Positions 51,967 to 60,045 of a stretch of 64,000 nt of DNA are shown here, piece by piece. The DNA comes from a virus. The stretch covers positions 1 to 64,000 of IMG/VR virus record IMGVR_UViG_3300015360_000024; one strand, 5' to 3'. Numbering within the stretch: the stretch's first letter is position 1; the number at the start of each line of letters is the position of its first letter. The translations under genes were made by a program, and so were the position numbers. The notes beneath the pieces are model-generated. The model made no database searches, was not told where the DNA came from, and saw nothing but the letters and a program-made list of their open reading frames with translations.

Positions 51967-51998
51967 CGGGACAACACTATCAGTCCCGATCCGTCTCG

Positions 51999-52070
51999 TC
52001 GAGCTGACTGGAATCGAACCAGCGTTCTCGTGTTCCCCGAACACGCGCGATACCACTTCGCTACAGCTCG
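51999..52070 (-). tRNA. tRNA-Pro(GGG)
   Basis: Cloverleaf. Confidence 0.9.
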
Positions 52071-52077
52071 AAATTTG

Positions 52078-52167
52078 TGCCGCCCTGGGAGTCGAACCCG
52101 CATCCAGCGCCCCGATCAGAAGCATTTCCTCTTCCTATTGGCTCTGGTTCCTGCCAGGAGAAGCGAC
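52078..52167 (-). ncRNA. tRNA-like RNA with enlarged purine-rich anticodon arm
   Basis: T loop GGG-UUCGACU-CCC, wobble-rich acceptor GUCGCUU/GGGCGGC-A, arm CCAG...CUGG. Confidence 0.45.
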
Positions 52168-52180
52168 GAAAACGCTTGCG

Positions 52181-52265
52181 CGGAAGGTGAGGGGATCGAA
52201 CCCCCGCAGCCTTTCGGCTGGCTCCGGTTTAGCAAACCGGCCTGTTGCCACTCCAGCAACCTTCC
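52181..52265 (-). tRNA. tRNA-Ser(GCU)
   Basis: Long variable arm, G73. Confidence 0.9.
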
Positions 52266-52270
52266 ATTCG

Positions 52271-52341
52271 TGGATCGCTAGGGAGTCGAACCCTAATCTC
52301 TCGGGTGCAAGCCGAGTGTACGCCCGTTGTACTAGCAACCC
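52271..52341 (-). tRNA. tRNA-Ala(UGC)
   Basis: G3:U70. Confidence 0.9.
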
Positions 52342-52348
52342 GTTGTCG

Positions 52349-52419
52349 TGGATCCGTGGAGAATCGAACTCCAATTCCGGCAGTGCGATTGCCGTGTCTT
52401 CCCTTTGGACGACGAACCC
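52349..52419 (-). tRNA. tRNA-Ala(CGC)
   Basis: G3:U70, loop AU-CGC-AC. Confidence 0.85.
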
Positions 52420-52424
52420 ATTCG

Positions 52425-52495
52425 TGGAGCTACCGAGAATTGAACTCGGATCTCTTGTCTGCCAGACAAGCATCTTCCCTTTGGACGATAACCCC
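52425..52495 (-). tRNA. tRNA-Ala(GGC)
   Basis: G3:U70. Confidence 0.9.
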
Positions 52496-52501
52496 AAACA
52501 G

Positions 52502-52579
52502 TGGCGGGAACGACGAGATTTGAACTCGCGATCTTCGGCGTGACAGGCCAACGGGGACGGCCAACTCCCCTACGTTCCC
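52502..52579 (-). tRNA. tRNA-Asp(GUC)
   Basis: Cloverleaf, G73, CCA. Confidence 0.9.
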
Positions 52580-52587
52580 AGAATCAG

Positions 52588-52660
52588 CGGGCGCAACGGG
52601 AATCGAACCCGCCTGGTCTTGATCGACAATCAAGCGCCCTCACCAGAGAGCAATACACCC
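52588..52660 (-). tRNA. tRNA-Asp(GUC)
   Basis: Cloverleaf, G73. Confidence 0.85.
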
Positions 52661-52733
52661 AGAGAAGAAACGGGCAGGCGAGCTTGTATCGCCTTGTGGA
52701 GCTTATGAGCATCCAACCCGCTTCAGAGAGTCG

Positions 52734-53639
52734 TTACGAGCGAGGACGAGCGCCGTTGCCGTTGCCACCAATGTTGGTCATCAGGGCGAGGGCCTCGGAC
52801 TGAGCCTTCGAGTTGGCAGCACCGTCGACTGCTGCGCGAGCCAGCTTGACGTTCTCCTCGTAGGCCGTCTTGAGCTGAGTCTGCAGTTCCTTGATCTGCG
52901 CGTCTGCGGTGGCAGCCGTCTGCGCCAGCCGCGCGTTGTCGAACTGGAGCTTCTCCACATGGGTAGTGTTCTGGATCGTGGCGATCTGCGCCTGGTGGCT
53001 GAAGTCCTTCGTCAGCACGTTCTTCAGGATGGCCTCTGCCCTGGTGACCTCCTTCTTCACTTCCTCGTCGAAGGTGGCGGCCTTGGCGAGGGCAGCCTGG
53101 TACTCGGTCTCCTTCGTCTTCAGGACGAACTCGCGGTTGGCGACGTCCTTCTCGAAGGCCTCCTGGCGATCACGCTCCTGGTTGTTGCGCACCCGAACCT
53201 GCTCGTTCCAGCTGTCGTTGTCGTTCTTGCGGGCCTGGGTGAGCTTGTAGGTGTAGTCCTCTTGCTCGCGAGTCCGGGCTTGGGCCAGCTGGTTCACCAG
53301 GTTCTGGTGGTCCAGTTCGATCTGCTCCTTCTGCTTCGCCAGCTCGTCGAGGGTCGCCGCGTGCTGGGCCTTGACCTCGTCGATCGTCAGGAGCACCTGA
53401 TCGACCCCGTGCAGGTTCTGCATGTCCTGCTTCTTGAGGGCGATCGAATCGTCGACCGCTTGTAGTTCCGCGTGCTTCTGGATGATCTCCTCGGAGATCT
53501 TGCTCAGAGTCCCCTGGATGGTGACTCCAGCGGAAGTGATGCCGCTGAGCGTCTTCGAGAGGTCGATGCTCTGCGCCTTCGAGATGGATGCGGCATTGCG
53601 GGTCGCCTGTGCCTGCTGCTTCTTCGTCTTCGTTGCCAC
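52734..53639 (-). CDS. long coiled-coil protein
   Basis: 301 aa, Q/E/K/A-rich heptads; GTG start after GGAGAG. Confidence 0.8.
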   Translation of the reverse strand: MATKTKKQQAQATRNAASISKAQSIDLSKTLSGITSAGVTIQGTLSKISEEIIQKHAELQAVDDSIALKKQDMQNLHGVDQVLLTIDEVKAQHAATLDELAKQKEQIELDHQNLVNQLAQARTREQEDYTYKLTQARKNDNDSWNEQVRVRNNQERDRQEAFEKDVANREFVLKTKETEYQAALAKAATFDEEVKKEVTRAEAILKNVLTKDFSHQAQIATIQNTTHVEKLQFDNARLAQTAATADAQIKELQTQLKTAYEENVKLARAAVDGAANSKAQSEALALMTNIGGNGNGARPRS

Positions 53640-53753
53640 GGTAGCTCTCCTGGAAATGATTGAACCCCAAAACGGGGACACCTAGGCCTGTAATTGGGCC
53701 GCGTGTACTCTCGCAGGACCGTCTGACATCGAAGGGCAATTGTCTACGGGTCG

Positions 53754-53838
53754 CGGAAGACAGAGGACTCGAACCCCATGCCCCGTAAGCATCATCCCGC
53801 TTCGAACGGGCGCCCCTGCCATCAGGAGTATATCTTCC
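53754..53838 (-). tRNA. tRNA-Ser(CGA)
   Basis: Long variable arm, G73. Confidence 0.85.
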
Positions 53839-53912
53839 ATGCCGCCTCAACCCTTGCGGGAAGCTTTTAAAGGACTCGGTGCTGCCACCGAAGCTTTACG
53901 AAGCGCAGATCC

Positions 53913-53990
53913 TGGTGCCCCCAGAAGGACTCGAACCTTCAACAAACCGGGTAAGAACCGGGTGCTCTATCCAAATTGAGCTATGGAGGC
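53913..53990 (-). tRNA. tRNA-Lys(CUU)
   Basis: Cloverleaf, CCA. Confidence 0.9.
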
Positions 53991-53995
53991 TAGGC

Positions 53996-54057
53996 GGGAC
54001 GATAACCATCATCTTCGGTCCGTTGCCGGACAAGAAAGTTGAGGACGAATAGGTCCC
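53996..54057 (-). ncRNA. minimal circularly permuted Y RNA-like module (no tRNA body)
   Basis: GGGAC/GUCCC closing stem; UUGUCCG-GCAA-CGGAC(C)GAAG; UGGUUAUC. Confidence 0.75.
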
Positions 54058-54114
54058 ATAAAATCATCAGGTACAACCATGCTGATGAGCCATGCCGTCG
54101 CGGCAAACGTCGGG

Positions 54115-54187
54115 TGCCCCGAGGTCGAGTCGAACGACCTTCTCCTGATCTTCAGTCAGGCGCTTGGACCACCCAAGCTGTCGGGGC
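54115..54187 (-). tRNA. tRNA-Phe(GAA)
   Basis: Cloverleaf. Confidence 0.9.
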
Positions 54188-54213
54188 AAAAGGGGGCTCA
54201 TGAGGACACCCCC
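54188..54213 (-). terminator. rho-independent terminator-like hairpin
   Basis: GGGGG...CCCCC-UUUU directly before tRNA-Phe. Confidence 0.5.
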
Positions 54214-54330
54214 GCGTCATAAACAACTATTCGGTTGTCAGAGATTTGTCGTCGCAAAGGCCTCGGCTCAGGTTGTCCAGGATTCACACATGGTGAAGTT
54301 ACGCCTGGTCGTGCTTCGCTTTTGGCTTCG

Positions 54331-54403
54331 ATGGGGAGGTGAGACTCGAACTCACAACATTCGGCTTCAGAGACCGACGTTCCGCCAGTTGAACTACTCC
54401 CCA
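54331..54403 (-). tRNA. tRNA-Gln(CUG)
   Basis: Cloverleaf. Confidence 0.9.
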
Positions 54404-54418
54404 AAATCAGATCTGTCG

Positions 54419-54489
54419 TAGGGCTGCAGGGAATCGAACCCTGGTCGGCCGGTTAAAAGCCGGTTGCTCTGCCATTGAGCTACAACCCC
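54419..54489 (-). tRNA. tRNA-Lys(UUU)
   Basis: Cloverleaf. Confidence 0.9.
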
Positions 54490-54544
54490 AGAATGGGAGA
54501 AGTAGCTCGTGTTTTCGGTTGATTGAATTCATTGGATCTTTCAG

Positions 54545-54627
54545 TGGGAGTGGGAGGAGTTGAACCTCCAAGTGCTCATCACACGACTGGTTTACAGCCA
54601 GCTTGCGTCGCCAGTTGCCGCACTCCC
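54545..54627 (-). tRNA. tRNA-Tyr(GUA)
   Basis: Long variable arm, CU-GUA-AA. Confidence 0.9.
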
Positions 54628-54631
54628 AGAA

Positions 54632-54670
54632 ACGAAGAAAGCCTCCAAGGGGTTTTTCCTTGGAGGCTTC
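54632..54670 (-). terminator. terminator hairpin upstream of tRNA-Tyr
   Basis: AAGCCUCCAAGG-loop-CCUUGGAGGCUU followed by UCUUCGUUUC. Confidence 0.6.
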
Positions 54671-54903
54671 TGGTCTAGGTATTTACAGTCTACCTATGTC
54701 AGAAGCCCCCTGGGATCATTCGCCTTGGCCTGGAGGTGGAACGGGCGGGGATAGGTTTCCAGGCAGCCGACGGTCTCCACGCTCAACGCAATAAACCCAC
54801 GACGCCACGAGCGATTGCTCGTACCGAGGCAGGCTTGCGTTGTTTTGGTGGATGAAGAAGACATGACCGTTGGTGTTTGCTTGGAGGTTGCTGTCGCTCT
54901 AAT

Positions 54904-54981
54904 TGGTAGCGGGAGTGGGATTTGAACCACACGGCCTCAAGGTTATGAGCCTTGCGAGCTACCAGGCTGCTCTATCCCGCA
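54904..54981 (-). tRNA. initiator-like tRNA-fMet(CAU)
   Basis: 1:72 mismatch, A11:U24, CCA; only two G:C pairs next to the anticodon loop. Confidence 0.85.
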
Positions 54982-55205
54982 GACCGAAGACTAGCGCAAA
55001 AATCTGCAAATAGTCAAGGAGAAGGTTGGTCGGATGCGTAAGTGACCGAATTTCTGTAGATCGCGATGGTCACGGCTAAATGTCATACATGTGCCTAATA
55101 GGTGAAGGCGGCGTTACGTTATGGAAAGGACTTGATTTAGTACAAATTGTCCGCATACTCAAGGGGACCTACAATTGTAGGACTACCAGGTAAGCGAGGT
55201 CTGCC

Positions 55206-55535
55206 ATGCAGTACACCCGAGTTCTCATAGCGAAGGTCGCCCTTCGTGTTGCGACGGAAGACGAAGTCTTCTGGGTCGAGCAGTGCATTAAGCAGGGTTG
55301 CGGATGCGCCGAGGAGATCGCGAAGCTCCGGAAGCTCGCCGCCCTGCCCAAGGCGATGTTCTGTGGAGACGATGTCTCCCTGATCAAGATCGCGGACTCC
55401 AACAAGATGTCCGCCTTCGACGAAGATCACCTTCTATCGTGCGAGCGCTGCGCCAGGATCGGCCAGTACATCGCCAGCATGCCGAACCCCGGCACGCCGG
55501 CCGAAGTAAAGTCGATGGAGCTACGCGCAGGCTGA
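55206..55535 (+). CDS. hypothetical protein
   Basis: 109 aa, GAGG RBS. Confidence 0.65.
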   Translation: MQYTRVLIAKVALRVATEDEVFWVEQCIKQGCGCAEEIAKLRKLAALPKAMFCGDDVSLIKIADSNKMSAFDEDHLLSCERCARIGQYIASMPNPGTPAEVKSMELRAG

Positions 55536-55556
55536 GTACAACAACGACGAGACAAT

Positions 55557-55590
55557 GGCCGGCAGCCTACGGGCTAGCCGGCCTTTTTTG
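55557..55590 (+). terminator. rho-independent terminator
   Basis: GGCCGGC-AGCC-TACG-GGCT-A-GCCGGCC-TTTTTT. Confidence 0.8.
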
Positions 55591-55624
55591 TTTTCTACAA
55601 GGTATCTAGACAATTGAATGCACT

Positions 55625-55927
55625 ATGGATAGCGTGGCCGGGATGAAGGGCATCCTGGCGTTCTTGGCAGTAGCCACGCTGATGGTAATCGCGACGATCG
55701 GTCTCTCTGGTGAGGGTCCGATCTGGACGAAGTACTTCGGCGGAGGGACGGTCCTTCTGATCTTGTTGCTGATCCTGCAGCAGCTCTCAAATATCCCTTC
55801 GACGATCGAACTGAAGAAGATGTTACTCGGCGCAGAGGCGGCTGCTGCAGCAAGATCTGAGCAGATAGTCCCCGAAGATGACGACATCGCTGACAGCACC
55901 CGTGGCCGGCGCAGCGCCAGGAACTAA
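55625..55927 (+). CDS. membrane protein with two TM segments
   Basis: Two hydrophobic helices. Confidence 0.65.
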   Translation: MDSVAGMKGILAFLAVATLMVIATIGLSGEGPIWTKYFGGGTVLLILLLILQQLSNIPSTIELKKMLLGAEAAAAARSEQIVPEDDDIADSTRGRRSARN

Positions 55928-56547
55928 TGGCTGGCCGCATCCTCATACTCGACGTTGATGCTGATAAGTACGACGGCATCGTTGAGGCGCTTCGGAAGAA
56001 GCCGTCAGTCCGCGTTGTGTCGATGGATCGCGAGGCGCGCAAGCACTTGCGCGAATGCCCGGCGTGCAATCGGAAGCTGGCCAAGGAATCATCCTTCACG
56101 CTCGACGAGAAGATCGTGGATGCCTTAATCAAGGTCGCTCAGAAGATGAGGATCACGAAGACGGTCGTCTTGGTGAATGAGGATAACCCGATTGAGTCGT
56201 TCTCCTCGGTCGAGCACGAGCGATGTGTTGAGGTTGATACCGTTGTGATTCACCGCGCCATGACGCTGGGCCTATTGAAGTCGTTCATGGATGGCGCAAG
56301 GCTCACCCATTTCGTGACCACGATGGGGTTGGACTTCCTCTCAGGAGAGAAGCCAGCCGCGCCATGCACAATGTTCGTGCTCGATGGAGAGGTTGTCGAA
56401 ACCAGCGGCGAGCTGACGATCGAGAATGTAAAGTTCAAGGATGTGCATCGGGCAGGATCTGTCGCCCGAGATGGAGCAAGGGCGGTGAAAGCCATACCCG
56501 AGCACGTGATAAGCTTCGTAACCAACGGCCAGATGAGCCTTATCTGA
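55927..56547 (+). CDS. hypothetical protein
   Basis: 206 aa, CPAC. Confidence 0.7.
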   Translation: MAGRILILDVDADKYDGIVEALRKKPSVRVVSMDREARKHLRECPACNRKLAKESSFTLDEKIVDALIKVAQKMRITKTVVLVNEDNPIESFSSVEHERCVEVDTVVIHRAMTLGLLKSFMDGARLTHFVTTMGLDFLSGEKPAAPCTMFVLDGEVVETSGELTIENVKFKDVHRAGSVARDGARAVKAIPEHVISFVTNGQMSLI

Positions 56548-56560
56548 TGAGAGGATGCTG

Positions 56561-56836
56561 ATGACTAAGTCGGACTTGATACGGATCATTTCTGTAAAGA
56601 ACGAGATCTCCTACCCAGAGGCCGAGAACGCAGTGAACGCGTTCTTTGACACGATGAAGGACGCCCTCAAGAAGGGACGCCGTGTCGAGCTTCGCGGGTT
56701 CGGATCGTTCGCTGTTCGCGAGTACGATGGCTACATGGGGCGCAACCCGAGAACGGGTGAACCATGCAGCGTTGCTCCAAAGCGGTTGCCGTTCTTCAAG
56801 GTCGGAAAAGAGATGAGAGAGGCGGTGAACGGTTAA
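56561..56836 (+). CDS. ihfB: integration host factor beta-like
   Basis: MTKSDLI...RVELRGFGSF...GRNPRTGE...PKRLPFFKVGKEMRE. Confidence 0.85.
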   Translation: MTKSDLIRIISVKNEISYPEAENAVNAFFDTMKDALKKGRRVELRGFGSFAVREYDGYMGRNPRTGEPCSVAPKRLPFFKVGKEMREAVNG

Positions 56837-56859
56837 TCCGTTCGTCGTTGGAGGATGTC

Positions 56860-57183
56860 ATGGAAGATAATGAAAGCGTTACCAAGGCCGTGCTCGCTGA
56901 CAAGATCGGCGAAGCAATCCCTACGCTGTCGACGAAGAAGGCCAACGAAATCGTCGAGAGCATCATTCGGGGTGTGAAGGAAACCCTTGCTAAGAAGGAG
57001 AAGGTGAAAATCTCCGGCTTCGGCAACTTCACCACACACGAGAAGAAGGCCCGTAAAGGTCGAAACCCACAGACCGGCGCCGAAATCACCATCGAGGACC
57101 GCTGTGTCATCAAGTTCAAGGTCAGCGACTGCCTCAAGGCTGAACTCAACGGGGAGGTCTTCAGTGGCAGCGACGAAGAGTGA
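56860..57183 (+). CDS. ihfA: integration host factor alpha-like
   Basis: VTKA.LA...KVKISGFGNF...KKARKGRNPQTG..ITI. Confidence 0.85.
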   Translation: MEDNESVTKAVLADKIGEAIPTLSTKKANEIVESIIRGVKETLAKKEKVKISGFGNFTTHEKKARKGRNPQTGAEITIEDRCVIKFKVSDCLKAELNGEVFSGSDEE

Positions 57184-57348
57184 CCTGGAGAACCAGGTCG
57201 AAAATATCATCGGCCTTGCAATAGTCACGGTAGAAAGGCAGTTCGGAATCGCCGGACTTGATCACGTGCTTCAAGAAGTTGAATCTAGAAGAAAAACGCT
57301 ACTCTACGATGCAGACAAAGAGCGCGTTCAGGCCTCAAAGTAGGATAG

Positions 57349-58572
57349 ATGTCGGTGCCGTTGGATATGACCGGGCTGCGATTTGGCAAGCTTGTGGTCA
57401 CAGCTCCAGCAGAGCCAAAGAGATACGGCCGTGCTGGGAAGTTGATGTCGCGATGGCACTGCCAGTGCGACTGTGGTCGGACGACGGTTGTGATGCGTGG
57501 ATCCTTGATACGGAAGAATCATCCGCAGCGCGCCTGCGGATGCATGTATCGCCGAGAGATGGTTGGTCAGATGTTCGGCCGACTGAAGGTGTTAAGCAAG
57601 GATCTTGACTCGATCAGGAACGGAACACATTGGACATGCCGGTGCGTCTGCGGAAAAACCATTTCTGCCTTAGGCACCAATCTTAGACGCGGACACACGA
57701 CATCTTGCGGATGCTTTCAGACGGAAAATCTATCGGCCATTAAAACTATCAACATAACCAACCAGCGCTTTGGGAGACTGATTGCGCTCGCAAGAGTTCC
57801 TGCTCCAGTCGGACTGAGGAGCAAGCTGGCGTTTTGGTTATGCAGATGCCAGTGTGGCAATGATGTTATTGTGCGCGGGACATATCTGAGGACAGGGTGG
57901 ACGAAGTCGTGCGGCTGCATCTCCGAGATGACAGCCGGAAAGACATTTGCTAGTCCTGATGGTCTAAAATTCGGAAGACTCACCGTTCTTGATGAATGGA
58001 TAAAGGACAAGTTCTTCGAAGTTAAATGGAAGTGCCGCTGCGATTGCGGTAGTCACCTCTGGGTCACTCTAAACAATCTTCGAACAAGACGAATAGAGTC
58101 CTGTCGCTGTCTCGGCGTGGACAAGACCAGGTTCGCAACGACGACGCACGGGAAAACGAAATCGGCCGAGTATCGTGTCTGGTGGGGGATGAAGTCTCGC
58201 TGCTACAACGATAAAACGGACTCATATGAGAACTATGGCGGTCGCGGCATAGAGGTCTGCGATCGTTGGATGGAGGCGTTTGAGCACTTCTATGAAGACA
58301 TGGGGCCACGCCCAAGCTCCTTGCACTCAATCGACAGGATCAACAACAACGGCAACTACGAGCCCGACAACTGCAGGTGGGCTACAGCCAAGGAGCAAGC
58401 GAACAACAGACGCAAGCCTCGTCGCCTTGTAGCTGAAGCGTTGGCCGAGTTGGCGCCATTACTAGAAGGAGTCGACGGCTCGGACGAGTCGCTTGAAAAG
58501 CTTTCCCTCGCCTGGTCAGACCTGAAGAAACGCTTACCAAGGCTAAAAAAGGACATCGCTGCGATTTCTTGA
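57349..58572 (+). CDS. HNH homing endonuclease with four FG(R/K)L...WxCxCxCG repeats
   Basis: Four N-terminal repeats; YGGRGI.VC.RW...F..DMG.RP...SIDRINNNGNYEP.NCRWAT. Confidence 0.9.
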   Translation: MSVPLDMTGLRFGKLVVTAPAEPKRYGRAGKLMSRWHCQCDCGRTTVVMRGSLIRKNHPQRACGCMYRREMVGQMFGRLKVLSKDLDSIRNGTHWTCRCVCGKTISALGTNLRRGHTTSCGCFQTENLSAIKTINITNQRFGRLIALARVPAPVGLRSKLAFWLCRCQCGNDVIVRGTYLRTGWTKSCGCISEMTAGKTFASPDGLKFGRLTVLDEWIKDKFFEVKWKCRCDCGSHLWVTLNNLRTRRIESCRCLGVDKTRFATTTHGKTKSAEYRVWWGMKSRCYNDKTDSYENYGGRGIEVCDRWMEAFEHFYEDMGPRPSSLHSIDRINNNGNYEPDNCRWATAKEQANNRRKPRRLVAEALAELAPLLEGVDGSDESLEKLSLAWSDLKKRLPRLKKDIAAIS

Positions 58573-58597
58573 CAATTGAGCCATGACCTATTAATCT
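58569..58597 (+). promoter_or_regulatory. sigma70-like promoter
   Basis: TTGACA, 17-nt spacer, TAATCT, 8 nt upstream of the ATG at 58605. Confidence 0.5.
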
Positions 58598-58604
58598 CTG
58601 AACC

Positions 58605-59045
58605 ATGGCGAACGCAGCACGAGCAATGAAGGGCCCAACCAAAATCATCGAGCTAAGCGACGAGCCTTCCGGTTGGAAGCTCGACGCCAACGCTGTCCAT
58701 CTCTGGAAGAACAAGCTTTGGCGGAAGGAGAAGGTCGGCTGCGTTCTCTGCACCGAACATGAGGGTCCTGAGTACGCGACTCTCTCTCATTCCGAGGATG
58801 AGAAGCCTGACGTTTTCCATTGTGCCAGTCATGGACCCCTCGTCGAAGTCCCATTCACGATGAAGAAGGTCTACACCATTGTAATTGGTGACGTTTTTCG
58901 CGAGGGCACCGAAGAATTGTCAGATACCATGCTTTTCCCCGCCGATATGGACATCACCGAGCGCAATGAACTGATCGGACGCCTCCTGGACGAAGCCGAG
59001 AAGGAAGAGCATGCAGCTGGCCCATCTCCGGCCGATGACGAGTAA
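58605..59045 (+). CDS. hypothetical Zn-binding protein
   Basis: CVLC...HCASHG. Confidence 0.65.
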   Translation: MANAARAMKGPTKIIELSDEPSGWKLDANAVHLWKNKLWRKEKVGCVLCTEHEGPEYATLSHSEDEKPDVFHCASHGPLVEVPFTMKKVYTIVIGDVFREGTEELSDTMLFPADMDITERNELIGRLLDEAEKEEHAAGPSPADDE

Positions 59046-59051
59046 TCACCA

Positions 59052-59318
59052 ATGATTAGGCGTAGACAATCAGTGGATGCGCGGGCATGTAATGCCCCCA
59101 TGTTACACGATCGAATTGCCGCCCTGGGCGCTCTGAGCGAGCCCACAGAGCGTCAAATAGAGGCCGCTGCCAAGGCATTCATGGCCTGGCAGTTCCCGGG
59201 ACGGTCCTGGGACGACGCGGTTCCGACGATGAAGGATAAATTCCTCGTCGGCGCCAGGCTGGCGCTACGTGCAGCTGCCTTCGTTCCAGCCGAGAAGATA
59301 CATGGAGACAAACCGTAA
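59052..59318 (+). CDS. hypothetical protein
   Basis: 88 aa. Confidence 0.55.
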   Translation: MIRRRQSVDARACNAPMLHDRIAALGALSEPTERQIEAAAKAFMAWQFPGRSWDDAVPTMKDKFLVGARLALRAAAFVPAEKIHGDKP

Positions 59319-59345
59319 GATCCTAGTTCTGCACCGACAACCCTA

Positions 59346-59380
59346 AGGGCGGGCATAAGTATGCCCGCCCTTTCGTTTTT
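59346..59380 (+). terminator. rho-independent terminator
   Basis: AGGGCGGGCAT-AAGT-ATGCCCGCCCT-TTCGTTTTT. Confidence 0.8.
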
Positions 59381-59445
59381 GACTATCGATGGGTTGACCT
59401 ATATACCGGAGGCCACTTGAAGAAACGGATCTTCTGGACGAACTG

Positions 59446-60045
59446 ATGTACGATCTGGACATGGGAAACGGTAAAGGGTTTCAAACCCGGCTCTCCTCCT
59501 CGCAAAAGGAAGAGATTCGCTCGCTGTACCTCAGCGGAGTTCCGCCTGTTGAAATCGTTCAGAGTTTCGGCTGCAGCACGAGCAACTTCTGGAATGTTGT
59601 TCGTGGACTTCATCATCAAGTTAGAGCTGATCGTTTCTACCAAAACGCAAAACGTCTTGAGCTGGTACCGCATGTGAAGATGGGGTGGATAGCTGGAATC
59701 ATCGACGGAGAGGGGTGGATTGGGATAACTAGGTCTACTCCGCGAGTTGACGTCAGCAGCACGACTCGTTCAATGCAGGATGAGCTACACGGCCTGATTG
59801 GTGGTCACATTTACCATATGAAAAGGTCTGGCAGGGAGCGCGATCTGTTTTCCTGGCAGTTGTGGTCCGCTGAGACAATTCTTCCATTTATTCGTGCAAT
59901 CGAATCGTTGCTAGTTGTGAAAAAAGGAGCTGCCCAAATTGTAGGTAGGTTCTGTGAGCGTAGGCTTAACGGGGTTACCGATAAGCTACTCGACGAACGC
60001 GACGCGTCTGCCGCTCATGAATTTAACAAGAAGGGCAAACGATGA
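59446..60045 (+). CDS. LAGLIDADG homing endonuclease with N-terminal HTH
   Basis: WIAGIIDGEGWIGI; LVVKK. Confidence 0.85.
   Translation: MYDLDMGNGKGFQTRLSSSQKEEIRSLYLSGVPPVEIVQSFGCSTSNFWNVVRGLHHQVRADRFYQNAKRLELVPHVKMGWIAGIIDGEGWIGITRSTPRVDVSSTTRSMQDELHGLIGGHIYHMKRSGRERDLFSWQLWSAETILPFIRAIESLLVVKKGAAQIVGRFCERRLNGVTDKLLDERDASAAHEFNKKGKR

Noticed and set aside
54215-54325. 6S RNA (CCUGAGCCGA and GCGACGAC words)
   Set aside because: Lacks the long rod with the complementary GGUUCAAGG strand and central bubble; too short
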